A stretch of 64,000 nt of DNA from assembly GCA_030390025.1 (NCBI GenBank), contig CM059432.1, positions 137,766,001-137,830,000 on the forward strand, in the 5' to 3' direction. Of this stretch, positions 24,935 to 34,939 are shown piece after piece (the first letter of the stretch is position 1; each line of letters begins with the position of its first letter). This stretch comes from Squalus acanthias (lineage: Eukaryota). A program made the translations under genes and the position numbers. The notes under the pieces are model-generated. The model was given only the letters and a program-made list of their open reading frames with translations. It ran no database searches and had not been told where the DNA came from.

Positions 24935-25810
24935 CAAAAGCTGGAGATCTGAAATAAAAACAGAAAATGCTGGAAATACTCAGCAGGTCAGGCAGTTTCT
25001 GTGGAGAGAGAGAAACATAACATTTCAGGTCATTAACCTTCTGATGAAAGGTCAACGACCTGAAATGTTGGGCCGTATTTTGCGTAGGGGCCGTGCAAGT
25101 TCCGGTTTTAGGCATGCGAAGTGCATGCGCTAAAACCCAGAACTTGCAATCGGTCAAGAATCTTCGCATCCCCAGATGGGCCTATGCGGGTGGAGAGTTG
25201 CCCGCTGAATGCCTGTGAAATTCTTACGCCTGCTGTTACCAGCATAAGAGTTTTAAAAAATAGCAAAATAAAATTTTATCACTCATTTATACATTAAAAA
25301 CCCTGTCCAATAAGGTAAGTTTATTTTTAGCCCCGTTAAAACATATACATTTTTTTCCCAAAAAATTACATTTTCGTTTAAAATATTTAATTAAACGGCA
25401 TTTTAATTCATTTTAAATATGTAATTTTTAAATTTTATTTCATGTGTTCGTGTATTTTTTTAAGTGATCCCCATTCATACTTATGGGAGTTCCGTACGTA
25501 CAGAACTCCCATAAGTATGAATGGGGATTCCCTTCTTTTATTGGTTGGGCCGGTCCACGGGATCCTGGGGTGCTTGCGAACCACATGCACCCCTAGGATA
25601 CGTGGGCCTCTGCCCGCGCGTACCCGGAGAGGCCCAGGATCGCAAGCCTCCATACCTCCCGGCCACCAGATAAATGCGTAGATTTTGTACAGGTTGGAGG
25701 CGTCCACCCGCGGGAAGCCTCCGATCGCAAATTTTGGGCCGTTAACTGTTTCTCTCTCCACAGATACTGCCTGACCTGCTGAGTATTTCCAGCATTTTCT
25801 GTTTTATATT
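24935..25810. mobile_element. Penelope-derived palindrome with hammerhead core, split by a Harbinger-type insertion
   Basis: Left arm 24950-25040; CTGATGA at 25041; aggtc-aac-gacct-GAAA; right arm resumes at 25741. Confidence 0.8.
25070..25740. mobile_element. Non-autonomous Harbinger-type element
   Basis: TIRs gggccgtattttgcg / cgcaaattttgggcc; 3-bp TSD GTT (25067-25069, 25741-25743). Confidence 0.82.
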
Positions 25811-26615
25811 AAATGTTAATCCCACCATAAAATAACACAAAGACAGGTTTCAAATCCAATCTTCCCCTTAGAAACAAAAAAATAGTAGTAAGACAATTGG
25901 GTGGGGGCACTCGCTCCTTTCCCCCCCCCTCCCTTAAATTAGTCTCATACACAAGAAATTGTAAGGATAGGCGGAGCAATTTTAAAGAATGTCAGAATCA
26001 AGTTTAAATACACAAGACATAAGCTTAGCTTCATCTATTTGTTAATGACAGATAGGTTTGACGTGTTCCAACCAAGTCAAGTGAAACCTCGGTTCTTCCT
26101 GTAATACATGAACAAATCCAGGTACAGAAGAATCAACTAAAACAGTTCCATTCGGCACACATCACAGATTTAACATAATTAGTGTTGACTTTTATTTTTT
26201 TTTAAATTACACATAGCTCTCTCTAATTTGAGAGTCCACAAATACAAGCCATACACTGCCCGGGCCTTTATATACCATGGACATTTAATTATTAGACATG
26301 GACTACAGGGGGGGGGGGGGGGGGGGTTTAAAAAAAACTTTCACACAGTTAATAAAATCTAGAGAAGGCGCATCTTAAAAAAATGCAAGTTTCCTAAGAA
26401 AAGCCTCGCCATTTTGCCCCCTCCCCTAACTTTTGTTGGGTTTATTTGCTGCCAATTTCTCCACGGGAAGGCACACAAGAGACAGACAGAACTGCAAATG
26501 GTCACCAACTTGCTGGGCAACAAAACTTAGAAGGGCGAGAAAATATCACCACCACCACCACCACACAAAAACACCATTCTCAGTAAAAGTTTACAACAGT
26601 GGCGGGTCGGTAAAA

Positions 26616-26765
26616 TGGTTGTTTTCAAAGTGAGTGAGAGAGAGAGAGAGAGTGTGTGAGTCTATAAAGGCCTCAACAGGCAATGCAGCATCTCCCTGGT
26701 TGTTTTCAAAGTGAGTGAGTGAGAGAGAGAGTCTATAAAGGCCTCAACAGGCAATGCAGCATCTC
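26616..26765. repeat. Tandem duplication of a ~70-80 bp unit
   Basis: tggttgttttcaaagtgagtgag(ag)n...gtctataaaggcctcaacaggcaatgcagcatctc occurs twice (26616-26696, 26697-26765). Confidence 0.95.
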
Positions 26766-27296
26766 TCCCCCACCCAAAAGCAGCACCCAGCCCTCTGATT
26801 ATTTTCTATGGAGATTCTTTCTTTCTTTCTCTCTCTAGTTTGTAGACGCGGCCATTTTTATGATAGTTAAAAGCCAGCCATCGCTCACTCACTGATTGAA
26901 ATCTCCAGAGAAGGAGAGCGGGCTCTTTGCTTCGAGAGTGTAAAAAGGAAGAGAAGAGGAGGAGGAGGAGGAGGAAGGGGTGGATTTATTTTCTTTCTTT
27001 CTTTCTTCTTACCGTTGATGGCGGTGGTTTAAAAAAAAAGCCACACACACACACATTCTAGCTAAGATATATATATATCATTCCGCCCGGCCTCGCAACC
27101 TCTTCCTCTGACTAGAGAGACAGACAGACTGGCACTGACACACACACACAGAGAGAGAGAGAGGACAATATCCGGGGACTACATCCAGCCATCTCCCTCC
27201 CCAACAACACAACCCTCCCGCACCGACCTCATCACCGCGCACCGGCCCAGCTCGCCCGTGCTAATTATTTCAAAGAAAAAAAAATCGGAATTTTAC

Positions 27297-27348
27297 CTGC
27301 CGTCTCGGAGTTTTTTAACGCTGTTTTAGGAGGTCGGCCGCGCGGCAT
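27297..27348 (-). CDS. Candidate first coding exon or uORF, MPRGRPPKTALKNSETA (AT-hook-like PRGRP); host gene unidentified
   Basis: ATG at 27348 with A at -3, 52 nt open to the donor GCAG|GTAAAA at 27297/27296, inside the CpG island. Confidence 0.45.
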
Positions 27349-27924
27349 TATTCTTTTTTCTCTTGTTTTTTTTTACCCCCCCCTCCCACCCTCCTCGGTT
27401 CCCCCCCCCCACCTCTCTCTCTCTTTCTTTCTTTTGGTTATATATTTTTGTGTGTGTGCGGAATCCGCGGCGGCGGCGGTGCGCGGAGAATCATTGAGGG
27501 CACGCACGGCGCGGCGGGGGGAGGAGAGAGAGAGAGAGGAGACAAAATGGCGGCCGCTGCAGCCTGACAGACACACACACGCAGTGCGAGCGGGGTAAGC
27601 ACCGCGCATTATATCCATATAGCTTGACGGTAGGTTATTTTTATTCTTTCCAAAAACAATTAAAAAAAAATGGTATTTATCATCTACCGCCGGCGTCAAT
27701 TGCACGTGCGCTGTCAAAAATATGCCCGCCCCGGTCGAGAATTTTCTTTCGCTGAAATGGAGGCAAAATGGCGGCCGAGGCCTGTGGAGGTCCCAACAAA
27801 CACACACACACCGCTTATCCATATAGGTTACGGTACATCATATTTTTTTTAAATTGCATTCGTCAGCTATATTATATAGCTGAGAATGTGTTTTTTTTTT
27901 CTTGGCTGTCGGCCCTACCTCAGT

Positions 27925-28615
27925 GCCTAGCACTCACTCTCTCGCCTCTTTTGAGTCAGAAGGTTTGTGGGTTCAAGTCCCACTCCAGAGACCCAAGAGC
28001 GCAAAAATCCAGGCTGACGCTCCCAGTGGGTGCAGTGCTGAGGGAGTGCTGCATGGTCGGAGGTGCCGTCTTTTGGTTGAGACCTTAAACCGAGCCCACC
28101 CCCACCCCAACCCCCGGTGGACATAAAAGATTGAGAGGTCGCACAACACCAGGTTATAGTCCAACAGTTTTATTTGAAATCACCAAGCTTTCGGAGCTTA
28201 CTACTCCTTCGTCGGACTTCACCCGACGAAGGAGTAGTAAGCTCCGAAAGCTTGTGATTTCAAATAAAACTGTTGGACTATAACCTGGTGTTGTGCGACC
28301 TCTCAATTTTGTCCACCCCAGTCCATCTCCGCATCATGACATAAAAGATCCCATGGCACTATTTTGAAGAGGAGGGCGGGAGGTGGAGTTATCCACGGTG
28401 TCCTGGCCAATATTATCCTGCAATCAACATCACTAAAACACATTATCTGGTCATTATCATGTTGCTGTTTGTGGGAGCTTGCTGTGTGCAATTTGGCTGC
28501 TGCGTTTCCTACATTACAACAGTGATTACACTTGGGGGGGAACTTCATTGGCTGTAAAGCGTTCTGGGACGTCTGGTGGTAGTGAAAGCCGCTTGTATAA
28601 ATGCAAGTCTTCTTG
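27925..28615 (+). mobile_element. DeuSINE, full length, interrupted at 28132-28337
   Basis: B-box gggttcaagtccc, Deu core, tail gtataaatgcaagtctt. Confidence 0.85.
28132..28337. mobile_element. Second Penelope-type terminal-repeat family: 176-bp near-perfect palindrome with hammerhead-like core
   Basis: Arms 28131-28215 / 28223-28306 with a 7-nt loop; 12-bp TSD gacataaaagat (28120-28131, 28338-28349); cac-CCGACGA-a-ggag...ctcc-GAAA-gctt-gtg. Confidence 0.85.
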
Positions 28616-28624
28616 TGAGGGTGC

Positions 28625-28780
28625 GGGGAGGCAAAATGACGGCCGGCCGATGGAGGCGCGCACATAATGCGAGCGGGGTAAGCACAGCGCACCTAATTAT
28701 CGCAGATCAATACAGTGGGTTGTAAAATTATATTTACATCTACTGTTGACGTTAATACATGTGCGTTGTCAAAAAAAATG
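28625..28780. promoter_or_regulatory. Diverged duplicate of the promoter module at 27535-27725
   Basis: Shared blocks caaaatg(g/a)cggccg, tgcgagcggggtaagcac, catctac, ca(c/t)gtgcg(c/t)tgtcaaaaa in the same order. Confidence 0.75.
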
Positions 28781-29409
28781 TATATTGGGGTAATGCAGTC
28801 GGAGAACTAACAATTTCCAAAATTTCAGCGCCTGAAGGAAACCTATATTGAATGGCTAGGCCAGCAGGAGTGTTCAGCAAAGAAACATGAGCTATACAAA
28901 AAACCCAAAGAGAAAATAATCATGTATTGATTTGTGGGTGACCCAAATAATAATTCTTTATAGCTGTTCCATTGTTAAAAATGAAGTTTAATGATTAATA
29001 GTAGTTTATATTGTAAGTCAACAAAGTAAAAATTTAGTTGATGTCATACAGTGCATCATTACTGTCGTTCTTGCTGATAAGTCACTTGCATCTAATTATC
29101 TAGGTTTGTATATAGAAATGCATAATGAATTGATGTTCTGTATTGTAGGAGTGAAAATATGCTAAATCTTACATATTCTTGATTTCAACCAGATCATCAC
29201 TGGGACGCAATGAACATGGACTAGACATTGTTCCATGGGTTGGAAGTACAAATCAGGGAGAATCACACTGGACCACACCTGATGCTCCAAGCCATAATTA
29301 TAGGGTGGCATTGCTATGTTTATTTTTCTCCCCTGGTTTCACCAAGGCATACACCATCTCCATCCAAAACTGCAGTCAGATAACCGACCCTCAGCTAATA
29401 CAATTCTAC

Positions 29410-31089
29410 AACTACAAAGTATTTACAGCACAGAAACAGGCCATTTGTCCCAACAGGTCCATGTCGGTGTTTATGCTCCACACGAGCCTCCTCCCACACC
29501 TCTTCATCTAACCCCATTAGCATATCCTTCTATTCTCTTCTGCCTCAAATACTTATCTAACTTGAATGCATTTTGAAACTGTACTTCCAATTCCCAAGTC
29601 CAAATCGTTTATGTAAATTGTGAACAACAGTGGTCCCAGCACCGATTCTTGTGGAACACCACTTCCCACATTCCGCCAGTCTGAGTAACTACCTTTAACC
29701 CCTACTCTCTGTTTTCTGTCCCGCAGCTAGCCTGCTATCCACGCTGCCACCCGACTCCACGTGTTCAGACCCTCGTCATGCGGCATCTTATCAAAGGCTT
29801 TTTGGAAATCCAAATATATTACGTCTACTGCATTACCCCCATCTACCCTTTCTGTTACTACTTCAAAGAATTCAATAAGGTTGGTCAAGTATGGCCTTCC
29901 CTTTTGGAATCCGTGCTGAGTACTCAACCATATTTTCATTTTCTAAATGTTTTTCTATTACATCTTTGATTAAGGATTCCATTATCTTTCCTACCACTGA
30001 CATTAAGCTATAATTCCCTGGGCTTGTTCTATCTCCCTTCTTTTTAATTATATATAATATATATAGATAGATAGATATAGATAGATATCTCTATATATAT
30101 CTCTATATCTATATATATATCTATATATATATCTATATATATATATATATCTATATATATATATATATCTATCTATATATATATATCTATCTATATATAT
30201 CTATCTATATATATCTATCTATCTATATCTATCTATCTATCTATATCTATCTATCTATCTATATCTATATATATATATCTATATCTATATATATCTATAT
30301 ATATCTATCTATATATATCTATCTATATATATCTATCTATCTATATATATATATATATATATATCTATATATATATCTATATATATATATATCTATATAT
30401 ATATATATCTATATATATATATCTATATATATATATATATATATCTATATATATATATATCTATATATATATATATCTATATATATATATATCTATATAT
30501 ATATATATCTATATATATATATCTATATCTATATATATCTATATCTATATATATATCTATATATATCTATATATATATCTATATCTATCTATATATATAT
30601 CTCTATATCTATCTATATATATATCTCTATATCTATATATATATATCTATATATATATATATATATCTATATATATATATCTATATCTATATATATATAT
30701 CTATATATATATATCTATCTATATATATATCTATTTCTATATATATCTATCTATATATCTATATCTATATATCTATATATCTATCTATCTATCTATCTAT
30801 ATATCTATCTATCTATATATCTATCTATCTATATATCTATCTATATATATCTATCTATCTATATATATATCTATCTATCTATCTATATATATATCTATCT
30901 ATATATATATCTATCTATATATATCTATATCTATCTATATCTATCTATATCTATCTATATCTATATATATCTATATATATCTATATATATATATATATCT
31001 ATCTATATCTATATATATCTATCTATATCTATCTATCTATATATATATCTATCTATATATATCTATCTATCTCTATATATATCTATCTA

Positions 31090-31127
<38 letters not shown>

Positions 31128-31870
31128 CATGTTGGCTATCTGCCAGACCTCTGGCATTATTCAGTTTGCTAGTGAGCTTCCATATATATGTAATAGTGCC
31201 TGTGCTATCTTCCCTAACTTGCTTTGATATGCACAGATGCAATCCATCCGGACCAGGGGTTTTATCCTCAATTAGTTTATCAATTATCTCCCCCTTTTTT
31301 ATCTTAAATGTCTTTATATCCTTTTTGATCTCTCCTAATGTCATGTCCACCATGTTAGTTTCCCTGGTAAGTATCGAGACAAAGTAATTTAATATTTCTG
31401 CCATTTTGCTGTCATTACCTGTGAGTTTATCGTGTGTATCCCTTAGTCGCCCTATTTCTATCCTGATTTTTCTTTTATTTATGTATCTGTAGAATACTTT
31501 GCTGTTTCGTTTTATCGTCCTTGATAATTTAATGTCGTAGTTTCTCTTTGCCTTCCTAATTTTTTTGACTTTCCAAACCTTTTCGTATTCCCTTTTGCCA
31601 TCTTCTCCTTTGTTGTCTATATACTTGGTGTATGCCATTTTCTTTAGTTTCAATTTGGTCCTTATTTCTTTCTTCATTCATGGTATGCCATTACTGGCTG
31701 TTCTTTTTAGCAGAATATATTTCTCCTGGATACTCTTGATCACGGTTTTAAATGTTTCCCACTGCAGTTTTATTTCTTTGTCAGTAAATTTTTCCAGTTT
31801 GTTTTCCCTAGTTCCATTCTCATCCCCTTAAAATCGGCTTTTTTCCAATTTATTACTTTGGTCTTTGTCT
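29410..31870 (-). mobile_element. Fragmented CR1 LINE (3' end, RT and pre-RT region) split by a microsatellite
   Basis: ORF 29727..29939 [19 protein letters not shown]...[13 protein letters not shown] 31093..31677 NSKVFYRYI...[10 protein letters not shown]. Confidence 0.88.
30046..31125. repeat. ~1.08-kb compound (TA)n/(TCTA)n microsatellite
   Basis: Directly visible. Confidence 0.98.
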
Positions 31871-31894
31871 TGCTTGTTACTAAATAGTTACTAT

Positions 31895-32769
31895 GGGGTA
31901 AAAATTCAGTTGGTTGCGCCTCCCGTTAGCGCCTTAAGAGGGCGCTAATGGGGCGCAAAGCCGCTAACGCCCGGGTGCAGCGATGTTTGCGCCGCTCGGG
32001 AACTTAACTAGACATTGTGTGGCGGCGCTAAACTTTACCGCTGCGACCACCTGCGCGCGCAGATTGTGACGTCATTCCATGGTGCAACGCCCTTGTGGCG
32101 CCCCAGAGCGGAAATTGAGTGGCGCCCCCTGCCTTACCGCCTGGCGCATCCAACGACCAGAAGACTGGAACGCTATCAATCGCTGTGGGGCTGGGGGGGG
32201 CACTATTTAAAGGGGGCCTCTTCCTGTCTTTTATTGTTGGTGGCATTTTTGAACTACGCATTCTGAGAGAGAGAGGGAGAGACTTCTGGAGAGATTCAAC
32301 GTTGTGTGAAGGAGTTTTGGGTACTGAGCAGCACTTTGCAGGTTCATTTTGATTTGCCATTCCTTGTATCGATTTAGCACTCTGAGCTCTTTGCCTGGTA
32401 CTCTCCATTGTTCTTTCCAGCACATTTGATGTGCAAGTCTCTCCAGGCCGAGATTCAAGGCTGCAATGAACAGGATGTGGATGGAAAGCAAGATTAACCA
32501 TCCCCTTTAAGAACTGGCCCGTGCCATTGTGTGTGTGTTCCATTGCTGACTGACATTACATGAGCTTCGCCAGCGATCTGAGTTAGCGCCTCACTCCTTG
32601 GCCTTTGCGCCTTAAGACAGGTGTGCAGTGCCTGATTTAGCGCTCCACTCACCTCCCGGGGCGGTAAAAGTGAAGTTTCCAGTCAGTGCCGATAATTAGC
32701 GCCAGGCACTAATATTTGCGTCCAGACGATATTTGCGCCCCAAATGGGGCGCGACCTAATTTCTACCCC
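31895..32769. mobile_element. Non-autonomous Harbinger-type element
   Basis: TIRs ggggtaaaaatt / aatttctacccc; flanks tat/taa; subterminal arrays of (TA/TT)GCGCC at both ends. Confidence 0.8.
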
Positions 32770-32927
32770 TAAAAGTCTTAAAGTAAAAACCTGCTCAGAC
32801 AATTCTTCCCTGTAGTCAAAGATTTAGCCTGCACTTGATATGTCTTTGTAATAGTATGTATGAAATGTAACGTTATTTTATTTGGACAATGCATTTATTG
32901 CCCTGAGACGGTAAAAGATAACAGAGA

Positions 32928-33235
32928 GAATTGCATTTATATAGCGCCTTTCACAACCTCAGGATGTCCCAAAGTGTTTTACAGATAATTAAGTACTTTT
33001 GAAGTGTAGTCACACTTGTAATGGAAGAAACACAGCGGTCAATTTTCATACAGCAAGGTCCCACAATGTAATAATGACCAGATAATCTGTTTTAGTGCTG
33101 CTGGTGGAGGGATAAGTATTGGCCAGGACACCGGGAAGAACTCCCCTGCTCTTCTTCGAAATAGTGCTGTGGGATCTTTTACATGCACCTGAGAGAGCAG
33201 CTGGGGCCTTGGTTCAGCCTCTCATCGAAAGACAG
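32928..33235 (-). mobile_element. DeuSINE, 5'-truncated
   Basis: ttgcatttatatagcgcctttcacaacctcagg tail plus core. Confidence 0.85.
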
Positions 33236-34939
33236 TTCCTAACTAGTGTTCAGAACCAACGTTAGTCTACTACGTGCATATGGATGGGATGAGGTCAACA
33301 CAGCACAAGTATAATAGTTGATTTTCCAGGGCATTGTGCCATCTCAAAATTTCCACTGACACTCCTCCTGGTCCTGCTCATTGCTCCACAATACTTCCCT
33401 TCTTATTCTTAGTTATTTACATGATAGCACTTTTTTTAGGGTACATTTTGTAGAAAGAGGTTTAAGTGTGAAGGGTTATGTGAGAGGTTAGTGAGGGTTA
33501 TGGATATCGGGAAAATTACTGAGCACCAATACGCAGACTTCCCTTGTCTGGGTACAGGGCGGCATACTTATCTCTGCCTTCATGAGACTCATTGTTTTTG
33601 TTTGGTATCAGCTTGCAGTGTGAATAACTGCAAACTAGATCATCTGCTTCTAATGCTATCTTCCTGTGCAAGCTGTCTTGACGACCTTTGCTTGAACTGT
33701 GGCTTTGCTAAATAGATCAGGTTTTTTTTGGAGGGGCTGTTGACCTGCACATTTGCCCAAATTAGTCAAGAGTGGCGAAACAAGAAGGGATATGCTATGA
33801 GGATATATGAAGATGAGGTTTGTTGAAGTTGAGCAGCTTGAAGTACCTGGAGCAGAGGCAAGAAGTGGAGGGCTGGGTTATCCCACTGAGCGGTTTGCTT
33901 GTAGACGCATAGATGTATGTATTGTGTGCCTGCTTATTGTAATTCACTGAAATAAAGAAAATCAACTTGATACCAGAGTCCGGATCTGAAGATTTTTTAA
34001 GATATCAAGACAATATCGTACAGAGCATGCTTGTGATTTCCTGACATAGAGGTGAGGCTTCCTGCCAGTATTTGTAATATTGGCCTTTAGGTGGTAAATC
34101 TATACAACTTGCTTGATGTGTGTTTGGAATCCATTGGAACCCCACTGTGGTTTCTATAGTGAATTCCAAGTTATGCATAACCTTTGTGTTTTCTAGCTAT
34201 GTCTCAGTTTGCCAATGTTATTTACTAGACAACTGCTATATTGGCTTGCAATAATGTTTGTTTATGATCACCACATTTTATAGTTGCCAGGCATTGCTTT
34301 CTCTTGTACTAACAAAGTGACAGTATTCACACCATGACGCAAAACTAATTTTCTCCCCTAGTAAGGTGCCAATAGTGTTGGCAGTATTTCACTGGATCAA
34401 TACACAGATGTCATTTTTAGCAAACTGTTGATGAAGGAGATACTAATGATACACAGGTCTAATTTTAATCTGCTAGCAGATCTGTCTTTTACACTAGACG
34501 GAAGTCTGTAAAATGCAAAATCTAAAAAGAGCAATAATTGGTATGAAACAGAAGCAGCATTTTAAGGATTTCGAGATGGACTTGCCAGCTACAGTCTTAA
34601 TTTAAAAAAAAAAGTTACTTGGAAGGAGGGAAACTTTCCTGGGCTTTGTGTAAAGAAAAATAAAGGTCATTAATATATAGGTCTAAAAGGATAGAAGCCC
34701 TTTAATGATGCCCTAATTATCATTAATTATTTCACAAACATAGGCACAATCCCAGGCAAAATGATAGGGACATTGGCAGCATGCCCACACACATGCCGCA
34801 TCACCGACCAATTGTCAGTATGGGAAAAATAAATGTGAACAAAACTACCTGAATTAGTGCTCTCAAATTTTGTCATGCTTGGCTGCATTAAAATATTCTC
34901 CACCTCTCATGCGCTTCTAGCTAAGCATACTGGGCATTG

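Larger units (their letters stand above)
26380..27850. promoter_or_regulatory. CpG-island promoter with clustered YY1 motifs, (GA)n/(CA)n tracts, GC-box and E-box
   Basis: Non-repeat CpG-rich sequence; cgccattttg 26407, gccatttt 26851, caaaatggcggccg 27543 and 27764; cacgtg ~27703; ccgcccc ~27726. Confidence 0.8.

Noticed and set aside
27373..27822. 149-aa minus-strand ORF across the promoter
   Set aside because: Runs through microsatellites and GC-rich promoter sequence; no recognisable protein
33470..34020. Possible solo LTR (AATAAA near 33951, LTR-like composition)
   Set aside because: No TG...CA pair with a matching TSD could be found
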